Below, piece after piece: positions 39,305 through 47,598 of a DNA stretch of 64,000 nt. The DNA comes from Patescibacteria group bacterium (GTDB lineage: Bacteria; Patescibacteriota; Minisyncoccia; Phycocordibacterales; CAIZLB01). The notes beneath the pieces were generated by a model. The model was not told the DNA's origin. It ran no database searches and saw only the letters and a list, made by a program, of their open reading frames with translations. The stretch is taken from contig JAZKJG010000001.1 in assembly GCA_040384445.1 (NCBI GenBank), positions 71,650 through 135,649 on the forward strand, read 5' to 3'. How positions within the stretch are numbered: the stretch's first letter is position 1; each line of letters starts with the position of its first letter. The position numbers and the translations under genes were made by a program.

Positions 39305-39670
39305 ATGCTCAACAAAAGAATAAAAACAACTGGAATGGAAATAACTCCTGCAATATCTGAGTATGTGCATAAAAAAATTGATGTGCTTGAAAAGTTTATT
39401 GAAGCAGATCGTGTAGCTCTTGCAGAAGTTGAGATCGGAAGAACAACAAACCATCACCATAAAGGGGATGTGTATAAAGCAGAAATCAATTTCACACTAG
39501 AGAAGGATACATTTCGAGCAGTTGCAATACAGTCTGACCTGTATGTTGCAATAGATGTGATGAAAGATAATGTGGTTCAAGAAGTGACAAAAGCTAAAAA
39601 GAAGAGATTTGTGCTCTTCCGAAAAGGACAGCAAAAGATCAAGGATGCTCTGAAGAAAATTCGGGGGTAG
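39305..39670 (+). CDS. hpf: Ribosome hibernation factor HPF/RaiA (short)
   Basis: MEITPAISEYVHKK, DLYVAID. Confidence 0.88.
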   Translation: MLNKRIKTTGMEITPAISEYVHKKIDVLEKFIEADRVALAEVEIGRTTNHHHKGDVYKAEINFTLEKDTFRAVAIQSDLYVAIDVMKDNVVQEVTKAKKKRFVLFRKGQQKIKDALKKIRG

Positions 39671-39678
39671 TCTTTTAG

Positions 39679-39784
39679 TTGACATCCTCTAGGTGATATG
39701 GCTATGATATAGGAAGCACCTTTACATAAGCCTAGATGATTCTTCGAGAAGGGGTTTCTCGAGCATTTAGAAATGCGGAGGTGT
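39679..39784 (+). promoter_or_regulatory. Promoter plus long structured leader of orphan cassette
   Basis: TTGACA-18-TATGAT; nested stems GCACCT/AGGTGT, CTAGATG/CATTTAG, TCGAGAA/TTCTCGA. Confidence 0.6.
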
Positions 39785-39814
39785 GTTTTATATATACAGA
39801 AAGAAATACCTACC

Positions 39815-40321
39815 ATGTGCCTCATAACCGTTCCAAAGGCCGCTGATATTGAACAACAAGCACGTTACCGGCATGACTATCAATTCGGTCGCCCGACTGG
39901 TGGTCATCGCCTTGACGTGGATAAAGTCGCAGCTTGTTCACAACCTGTGCCCAGTGTTGGTCTCGAGTTCCTCTCTCGACCCACAATGGCAGCACTTGTG
40001 AAAGCAGAAGAGAAGGATATCAAGGAGCACCTGTGCCACTTTGATCTCCTTGCCCTTCGGGATCAGTTTGATGATTTGCCGATGTCGTTCAGGCAGCGGT
40101 TACATACCTGTGAGCTCTATGCGGCTCGTGGTATCGCTCTTGTTGGTTCAACTTTGGTCATTCCGTACATTACCGCGACCAACCTCAAACCGTTTGTTGG
40201 TTTTGCCAGCGTTCTGCAGATTCTCGAAAATCGGCACATCCTTGGTAGAATCAGTCCTCGCCGTGAGGGGACACGCATGCAGAGTTCACATCTCCATCTT
40301 GTGAACAGCAGTCGAAATTAA
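39815..40321 (+). CDS. Hypothetical protein (orphan cassette, higher GC)
   Basis: ATG 39815; hairpin 40346-40378 follows. Confidence 0.6.
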   Translation: MCLITVPKAADIEQQARYRHDYQFGRPTGGHRLDVDKVAACSQPVPSVGLEFLSRPTMAALVKAEEKDIKEHLCHFDLLALRDQFDDLPMSFRQRLHTCELYAARGIALVGSTLVIPYITATNLKPFVGFASVLQILENRHILGRISPRREGTRMQSSHLHLVNSSRN

Positions 40322-40383
40322 ACTCCATCAACCCATCGAAATTTCGCCCGTCCCTCGAGTCCAACTCGGGTGGCGGGCATTTC

Positions 40384-40617
40384 TTATTGAATCTCAAGCG
40401 CCTTTGCAATGTCCTCAACCCCTGCATCACACACCCATTTCCCATCTATATTTAGTGTAGGGCTTTTATTTTGACCAGTTGCTTCTTCAACTTCTTTTTT
40501 AAACTCAGGATTTTTCAAAATATCTCGTTCCTCGAAAGCTATGTTGTGTTTTTTTAGGTATAACATTGCTTCTACGGCCCAAGGACAGAGTGTTTTTGTA
40601 TACATAATTATTTTCAT
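40384..40617 (-). CDS. Glutaredoxin-like protein (monothiol CPWA)
   Basis: YTKTLCPW, TGQNKSPTL.IDG. Confidence 0.85.
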   Translation of the reverse strand: MKIIMYTKTLCPWAVEAMLYLKKHNIAFEERDILKNPEFKKEVEEATGQNKSPTLNIDGKWVCDAGVEDIAKALEIQ

Positions 40618-40763
40618 AATACATAGATTATACCATAGGTTTGACTATATGTTGTAAACCGTGGTATATATTACTCTGGATGTACCTTGTCAAATACCTC
40701 TGTTTTCTCGTTCGCGGGTGCGGGCGAGAATTCTTTCATTATGACTATTTATCAATACTTGTT

Positions 40764-41429
40764 ATGGGGAAACAAAATAAAATGTTAGTGCTGAAAATCG
40801 GACCTCCATGTTCCGGTAAAGGCGCATTAGGAAAAGCCATTGCCCATCTGCATGGCAAAACCACAACCGTAGTCACGATGCGTGATCTGATCCTGGAAGA
40901 AAAGAAACGTAATTCCGAGTTCATGAGGGTTTCAACTGAATTCCAGGCGGCTGGAAACTTGCTGCCCTCACTATACATCAAGCAGATTCTGAAACGACTT
41001 GCTTCCACGACCTGCAATGCTCCAGTTTTATTCTTGGACGGCGCTCCTCGGAACGCCGATCAGATCATTATGCTGAAGCACCTCTTCAATCAACGTGAGA
41101 TCTGTATCTTCGAAAGTTTGGCTACTGATGAGCACCTGCTCTCAGTTTTCAAGCAAACATTGGAGGCTACCGATCGTACGGGCCGTGAAGATGCAAAAGA
41201 TTCTGTTCACAATGAACGAGTCCAAATCTACCGACACAATTTGCCAGCTATTCATGCTGCATGCAAAACTGTAGGATGGTATCGCTACCATACACAAGCT
41301 GCTGCAACACTGAAGGCAAAAGTTCGGAGATTCGAAGACATTGCGAACAGGAAACCTGTCAAACCGGGTTCTTTTGAAAACCTCGAAGAAATTCTTGGTC
41401 TTCCTAAGCTCAACCTGGCCGCAGCCTAA
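40764..41429 (+). CDS. Divergent adenylate kinase-family protein (orphan cassette)
   Basis: GPPCSGKG P-loop, MRDL, GNLLP, LDGAPRNADQ, REDA; terminator 41439-41490. Confidence 0.7.
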   Translation: MGKQNKMLVLKIGPPCSGKGALGKAIAHLHGKTTTVVTMRDLILEEKKRNSEFMRVSTEFQAAGNLLPSLYIKQILKRLASTTCNAPVLFLDGAPRNADQIIMLKHLFNQREICIFESLATDEHLLSVFKQTLEATDRTGREDAKDSVHNERVQIYRHNLPAIHAACKTVGWYRYHTQAAATLKAKVRRFEDIANRKPVKPGSFENLEEILGLPKLNLAAA

Positions 41430-41515
41430 ACACCCCACGCATCAACCCTCTCTCAGGTTCTAATCCGAAAGAGAGCGGTTGGTGTTTTTTAATATATGCT
41501 ACAATATCACTACCT

Positions 41516-42142
41516 ATGTTCAGTCACTATTTTAATATTATCCTGAATTACGCAGAATCAGGATCTTCAGTTCTCGTTGATTATTTATATCCAATTGTTT
41601 TTTTGTCCGCTCTTTCAGAATCCACCCCGATACTTGGTACCTTTACACCGGGAACTCTATTTTTACTTTTCTTTGGATATACCGCTTCTGTAAATGCTAT
41701 TAATCTCGCTCTAGTAGTACTTGTTGCAACACTTGGAGCAATAGTTGGGGATGTGCTTGGATATTTACTTGGTCGTCATGCTACGGGTTGGATGTTACGA
41801 CATAAAAAGATTTTAAAAGAAGCGCATATTGAACAAGGACGTGCATTTTTCAGTAAACATGGAGGGAAGAGTATTTTGATTGGAAGATTCGTTGGTCCGA
41901 TTCGACCTATTGTGCCACTGATTGCTGGAAGTATTGGAATGAGTATGAGAAAGTTTTTGTTCTGGAATATTCTTGGAGCGTTTTTGTGGGCGACATTGTA
42001 TGTCACAATTGGATTTTTCTTTGGCGCGTATGCGAGAGATATTGAAAAAGTTGTGTCTGATACTGGATTAGTGATTTCTGTAATTATTTTTATTGGTGCG
42101 GTTGTGTATTATTTTAAATATATGAAAAACCAGACGAAGTAG
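41516..42142 (+). CDS. dedA: DedA-family membrane protein
   Basis: ES..PG, GD.LGY.LGR, GRFVGPIR, FWNILGA. Confidence 0.9.
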   Translation: MFSHYFNIILNYAESGSSVLVDYLYPIVFLSALSESTPILGTFTPGTLFLLFFGYTASVNAINLALVVLVATLGAIVGDVLGYLLGRHATGWMLRHKKILKEAHIEQGRAFFSKHGGKSILIGRFVGPIRPIVPLIAGSIGMSMRKFLFWNILGAFLWATLYVTIGFFFGAYARDIEKVVSDTGLVISVIIFIGAVVYYFKYMKNQTK

Positions 42143-42173
42143 GTGATACCACTTATGCCTTGTTATTGTCAAA
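42121..42173. repeat. 'Empty' cassette site: 23-bp repeat + promoter-like block
   Basis: TATGAAAAACCAGACGAAGTAGG = 46650-46672; TGATACCACT-N11-ATTGTCAAA = 47561-47590. Confidence 0.85.
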
Positions 42174-42211
42174 CAAGAATTTTGTAGATACGTGATAGAA
42201 TTGGTGTTAAT

Positions 42212-45200
42212 ATGTCTATAAAAAATTTAAAGAAATGCGCATTTATTTTTGTTGGAATAGTGCTTGTGTTTTACGGAGAAAAAACTTTTGCCGCATACCC
42301 ACTTGGTAACGAAGCTGTATTTTATCATTTTGAAGAAGCTGCAACTGCAACATCAACAAACAGTGGAAGTGGTGGTTCTGCATATGATGGAACTTTTGCT
42401 GGAGCAGCAAGTACAACTGCACTTGTTAAGCGTTTTGGTGCGCAAAGTGCATCATTTGGAGAAACAGGTGATTACATGAAAACGTATTTTGCAAGTGGTA
42501 CAAATCCTACTGCACAATCATTATCAGTAAGTATGTGGGTATATAAAAAAGAGGCATCAAATGGCTGTCCTGCTGGTGGTGATGATCATTTTTTCGGATC
42601 TAGTGGACAACCGTCAGGATCACGGTTTTATTTACGATGTACTGGAGGATTTTGGGGTAGTCGTTTTGGAGCAGCTGCAGCTGCAAACTCAACAGTGACT
42701 GGTGTGACACACCAGGGGTGGGACCATATTGTGCTCGTGTTTGATGCAACAAATGACACACCAAAATTATATGTAAACAATGTTCTCAGGGCAACATCAC
42801 CGCTCGTGAGCTCATACACAATCACAAATGCATTTTTTGTCGGAGGTGTGAATGATACCATTACAACTCCAGGTGTCCTCAGTTCATCTGAAAATGCGGG
42901 TGCAAATATTGATGAAGTTGCAATATATACAACAGCACTTTCTTTAAGTGATATTACAACTTTATATAAAGCAGGTGATCTCGTTGCTCCTGTAATTTCG
43001 TCTATTGCAACATCAACCGTTTCTGCAACATCAACAACGATTTCGTGGACTACAGATGAATCTGGATCAACACAGGTTGAATATGGATTAACAGGATCAT
43101 ACGGAAGTCTAACGACAGAAACTGATACAACAACATTTGTGACAAGTCACTCAGCAACATTGTCAGGGTTAGCTGAAAATACGTTATATTATTATCGTGT
43201 TATTTCACGAGACCCAACAGGTGCAACTGCAACTTCATCACAAGGAACATTTACTTCCGGATCAATGACTGCCCCTGGTCAACCTTCTGCATTGAGTGTG
43301 ATTCCTTATGAAGGTAGAGCACATCTTACCTGGACAGCAGCGACCGGTGATCTGACTGACTACTTGGTAGAATACAAATTATCAAGTGATGGTGGATGGA
43401 CCACTTTTACAGATGGTGTATCTATCGCAACTACTACCATGGTTACAGGTTTGGTAAATAATTTCGCATATGATTTTAGAGTCACAGCAAGTAATCAATC
43501 TACTCCAGGCCCAGTATCAAGTACAGTGTCAACAACTCCTGTATATAGAGTGACTTTTGCAGGTTCTACTCCCGCTCACTTGTCTGTGATCACGGGATCA
43601 TCTGTAACAGTATCTGCATCTACTACACTCCCTTCGTTTTCATTTGCTTCAAGTACTCAAACTCTTCGACTAGAAACAGCCGGAGGATCTTTGGTGAGTC
43701 AAGTTTCTACAACTACGCGGTACGGAGATTATAATCTTACGCATCTTATAAATACGCTGGCCGATTCTGATCTTTCACTGGCAGGCAACTCTTCGGGTAT
43801 GGCATACGTTGGAACAACTGATACATTGTTTATAGTGCATAATGCAGCGGTTGGCTCAAATTCAACAATTGATGAAGTTGATAAAAATGGAACGCTCATT
43901 CGATCAATTACATGTACACTGTGTGGGGACATTGAAAGTATCGTATTGCTATCATCTGTTGCTTCAACAACCGCTGGTGGGTTTGATCATACGTTCATGA
44001 TTGGAACTGAAAATAATACATCGAGCGCTGAAATATTTAGAGTAGTTATTTATTCAACAGGAACAACTGCAGTTAATCGTTTAGATTATTTTAATATAGG
44101 AGTCTCGCACGCTGCAAACGGAGGACTTGAGGGTATTGCATATAATTCAACATCAGGAGTGTTCTATGTTGCTCGAGAACTTACGACACCTGCGTTATAT
44201 GAAGTAACACTGGGTGCAGGGCATGCTGCATCTGCGGTTCAAATATGTTCAAACTTGACACTCGGAGCTACAATTAGTGATTTCTCTGACCTTTCATTTA
44301 AAAATAATATTTTGTATGCCTTAAGTGAGAATACAAATCCAAGTAAGCTGGTGCCGATAAATATTACGAGCACAAGTACATGTACACTTGTTGACAGTAA
44401 TGAAAATGGGACTGCAAGTAGTAGTGATACAGGAGACTGGTTAACTTCAGTTCCTGTAGGAGTTACTGATCAAGCAGAGGGTGTGGTATGGGATGCTACA
44501 GGAGATGTTTTGTATGTTTTAGGTGAAGCTGATTTTTTAGCAAAATATAGAACTACTGCATTTAATGCTCAACACACATTTACAGGATTAGCAGACGGAA
44601 ACTATGTTTTAAAAGCATCCTTTACTGATACGAATGGAATCACATCATCATCAACAGATAGATTATTTACAATTAGTAATGATAGTATTTCACCTGTAAT
44701 TTCATCTATTGCGTCATCATCTATCACATCAACATCAGCTACTCTAACTTGGGGGACAAATGAATCAACCGTTTCTTCTGTGTCTTATGGAACAACAACT
44801 GGTTACGGTATGACGGCTACGTCATCTGCAACATCCACGCATCAAGTCTTGTTAACAGGTTTGGTACCGGAAACAGCATATCATTTTAGAGTATTTGCTG
44901 CAGATCAATCTTCAAACACTTCGCTCTCAGCTGATTATACGTTTACAACATCTGTAGCTCCAGATGTAACTGCTCCAAGTATTTCTAATATTGCATCAAG
45001 CACGACCGATACAAGCGTAACAATTGCATGGACAACTGATGAAAACTCAGACAGTCAGGTTGAGTACGGATTAACATCTTCATATACTTCGTCTTCAACT
45101 CTTGATACCAATGCAACAACTTCACACTCAGTTGTAATCACGAGTTTAGCACCAGCTACCGTGTACCATTTTAGAATCATATCAAAGGATACAGCACTTA

Positions 45201-46648
45201 ACCTTGCAACAACATCTGATTATAACGTGACAACATCTGCTGACAGTGTTGCTCCTGTTATTTCTTTACCTTCTGCTTCAATCAATTCTGGAACATCTGC
45301 AATTATTTCTTGGAATACAAATGAGAATGCAACAAGCTTGGTAAGATATGGTTTGACGGCAACATACACAGCAACAACAAGTTTAGGCGTTGCAACAACG
45401 GCAACACATAGTGTAAGTTTGTCTGATTTGAAAGCGTGTACACAATATCATTATCAGATTTTAACAACCGACGCCGTGGGAAATAGTTCGACTACAACGG
45501 ACTCTCTGTTTACAACATCTGGCTGTGCAGGAGGTACTTCGGTTCAGGAGGTCAATACTGTTGCAATAAGTAATTCAACTGGAGATATAGCAACGACTAC
45601 ATCAGCGTCGACAGGTAATACTGTTGTCTTGGATATTCCTGCAGGATACTCAACTTCATCAAGTGTTATTTTTCAGATCAAACAAGTTGAGGATCTTGCT
45701 GTGATTTCTGGAACAGGCGGGGTGAGTGGTAAGAGTATTGTAGGAGATCAGATGTATGATCTACAGGCGTATCTGAATGCCTCAACAAGTATGACTGCAT
45801 TTAATGCAACTCTTACAATCAATATGAGTTACCGAACTATTGATGCGTCTGGATATGACGAGTCATCATTTAAGATATATAGATATGATGGGGTATCGTG
45901 GACTGAATTGCCAAGCTGTGTAGTTGATGTAACACAGAACACGGTAACATGTGAGACTACTTATTTTTCAACTTTTGGATTGTTTGGAATACCAAACTCT
46001 GTAGTGGCCCCGACGGTAATCAACTCTTCAACAGGGGGTAGTGGTGTAATGTATTCGCATGTTGCTCAAAATTTGCCAACATTAACAAGTACAACCTCAA
46101 CAAGATATGTTTTCATAAGAGATTTAAAGGTGGGAAGTGTAGGAGATGATGTTCGGTTGTTGCAACAATTTCTAAACAATAGCGGATATATCGTTGCAAA
46201 AGTTGGGGTACCAGGATCATCAGGAAAAGAAACAAATGTATTTGGAAGTGCAACAAAAGCTGCCCTTATGCGATTTCAATTTTCACAGATAGGGATTAAT
46301 AGAAATGGTGTGGTTGATGTTAAAACAAGAGCCATATTGAACACTGGAGTGTTTGCATGGACTCCTATAAGTACGTCTGGAACATCTCAATTTGTGAAAA
46401 CATTATCTTTTGGTAATGTATCGTCTGATGTAAAAAGATTGCAACAATTCCTAAACTCAAGTGGGTATACAGTTTCTGCTTTTGGAGCAGGATCTGTTGG
46501 CAAAGAGACTACGTTGTTTGGATCTGCAACTCGAGCTGCTGTTATTAAATTTCAGTTAACTAATGGACTTGTGCAGACCGCTAAAGATAAGGAGTATGGA
46601 AAATTTGGTCCTCAAACAATATTGAAAATAAATGAATTGATAAAGTAG
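42212..46648 (+). CDS. Large surface protein: LamG-like, Fn3 repeats, SdiA-regulated/YjiK-like propeller, two peptidoglycan-binding domains
   Basis: Signal peptide; IDEVAIY; repeated W.T.E....V.YG....Y; SGMAY/DIESI/GLEGIAY/QAEGV; DV..LQQFLN twice. Confidence 0.8.
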   Translation: MSIKNLKKCAFIFVGIVLVFYGEKTFAAYPLGNEAVFYHFEEAATATSTNSGSGGSAYDGTFAGAASTTALVKRFGAQSASFGETGDYMKTYFASGTNPTAQSLSVSMWVYKKEASNGCPAGGDDHFFGSSGQPSGSRFYLRCTGGFWGSRFGAAAAANSTVTGVTHQGWDHIVLVFDATNDTPKLYVNNVLRATSPLVSSYTITNAFFVGGVNDTITTPGVLSSSENAGANIDEVAIYTTALSLSDITTLYKAGDLVAPVISSIATSTVSATSTTISWTTDESGSTQVEYGLTGSYGSLTTETDTTTFVTSHSATLSGLAENTLYYYRVISRDPTGATATSSQGTFTSGSMTAPGQPSALSVIPYEGRAHLTWTAATGDLTDYLVEYKLSSDGGWTTFTDGVSIATTTMVTGLVNNFAYDFRVTASNQSTPGPVSSTVSTTPVYRVTFAGSTPAHLSVITGSSVTVSASTTLPSFSFASSTQTLRLETAGGSLVSQVSTTTRYGDYNLTHLINTLADSDLSLAGNSSGMAYVGTTDTLFIVHNAAVGSNSTIDEVDKNGTLIRSITCTLCGDIESIVLLSSVASTTAGGFDHTFMIGTENNTSSAEIFRVVIYSTGTTAVNRLDYFNIGVSHAANGGLEGIAYNSTSGVFYVARELTTPALYEVTLGAGHAASAVQICSNLTLGATISDFSDLSFKNNILYALSENTNPSKLVPINITSTSTCTLVDSNENGTASSSDTGDWLTSVPVGVTDQAEGVVWDATGDVLYVLGEADFLAKYRTTAFNAQHTFTGLADGNYVLKASFTDTNGITSSSTDRLFTISNDSISPVISSIASSSITSTSATLTWGTNESTVSSVSYGTTTGYGMTATSSATSTHQVLLTGLVPETAYHFRVFAADQSSNTSLSADYTFTTSVAPDVTAPSISNIASSTTDTSVTIAWTTDENSDSQVEYGLTSSYTSSSTLDTNATTSHSVVITSLAPATVYHFRIISKDTALNLATTSDYNVTTSADSVAPVISLPSASINSGTSAIISWNTNENATSLVRYGLTATYTATTSLGVATTATHSVSLSDLKACTQYHYQILTTDAVGNSSTTTDSLFTTSGCAGGTSVQEVNTVAISNSTGDIATTTSASTGNTVVLDIPAGYSTSSSVIFQIKQVEDLAVISGTGGVSGKSIVGDQMYDLQAYLNASTSMTAFNATLTINMSYRTIDASGYDESSFKIYRYDGVSWTELPSCVVDVTQNTVTCETTYFSTFGLFGIPNSVVAPTVINSSTGGSGVMYSHVAQNLPTLTSTTSTRYVFIRDLKVGSVGDDVRLLQQFLNNSGYIVAKVGVPGSSGKETNVFGSATKAALMRFQFSQIGINRNGVVDVKTRAILNTGVFAWTPISTSGTSQFVKTLSFGNVSSDVKRLQQFLNSSGYTVSAFGAGSVGKETTLFGSATRAAVIKFQLTNGLVQTAKDKEYGKFGPQTILKINELIK

Positions 46649-46649
46649 T

Positions 46650-46690
46650 TATGAAAAACCAGACGAAGTAGGGTCGAACTACTTGTCTGG
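46650..46690 (-). terminator. Bulged terminator whose arm is duplicated at 42121-42143
   Basis: CCAGAC-G-AAGTAG/CTACTT-GTCTGG; T5 on minus strand. Confidence 0.85.
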
Positions 46691-46696
46691 TCGGGG

Positions 46697-47494
46697 TTAG
46701 GGACGATATAACTGTCGATACTCGACAGAATCAATTGAGAAAATATTAAAGAATGCTTCCAAAGCACGTCTTTGTGTACTCAGGTCTTTGATTAAATCTT
46801 CAATTGAGTTGAAACTAAAATCTGGATCCTTAAACAGTTGAGGCAAAATTTCCTGTCGAACACCTGCTTTGATTTGCATAATCCTGCAATACGAATCTAA
46901 CTCCTCCCATTTGTGATGCAAAATTAACTCTTCAAATGCTGAGGCGTTTCGATATGAGACATTTAGATTATCAAACGTTGTCAGAATCATCTTATTACGA
47001 ATTAATGCTCTGAATGCTTTATCGATGCCAAAATGTGTAATTCCTAAGAGTTCAGAAATATTTCGTTTCCACCTTTTATCTTTCATCCAGCCTAAGGCCA
47101 TGAAAATATGGATAGCTTCAATAGGTGGAGTTATTTTAGCTGTCCCTTCTAGAGCATCGACAATAAACAAATGACTTACTTTCTCAGCATAATTGAAAAG
47201 AGTGTGAACCAGTTTTGTTGCTGGGAGTCGTGTCCCACAGAGTAGTTTATCAGTTTCGGTCGGCTCATCTTCTCGATAATAACTCTGCATTAAAAACCGT
47301 TGTACGTACTCACCTGGATCAGATCTCAGAAAGGAACAGGCAGTTCTTTCTGAACCCGCTTCTTTTGTAGCGAGTGCTCTAAGGATTGAAATGAACAAGT
47401 TGATTAACGTAATCGACTTAAAATTTGGTCCTACGTTGAGAGGTATAATTGTGAGAGCAGAACCAATCACAGGGCTAAAGTGAAATTTTTTCAT
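46697..47494 (-). CDS. Hypothetical protein (orphan cassette)
   Basis: 265 aa; TTGACA promoter ending near 47589; leader hairpin ACCCCA/TGGGGT. Confidence 0.7.
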   Translation of the reverse strand: MKKFHFSPVIGSALTIIPLNVGPNFKSITLINLFISILRALATKEAGSERTACSFLRSDPGEYVQRFLMQSYYREDEPTETDKLLCGTRLPATKLVHTLFNYAEKVSHLFIVDALEGTAKITPPIEAIHIFMALGWMKDKRWKRNISELLGITHFGIDKAFRALIRNKMILTTFDNLNVSYRNASAFEELILHHKWEELDSYCRIMQIKAGVRQEILPQLFKDPDFSFNSIEDLIKDLSTQRRALEAFFNIFSIDSVEYRQLYRP

Positions 47495-47598
47495 AAGCTA
47501 AAAATTGTAAAGAACAAACTCTTGCAAACCCCAGAAGTGGGGTACGAAAGACTGTGGTATTGATACCACTCGTATGCTATAATTGTCAAATTAACAAT

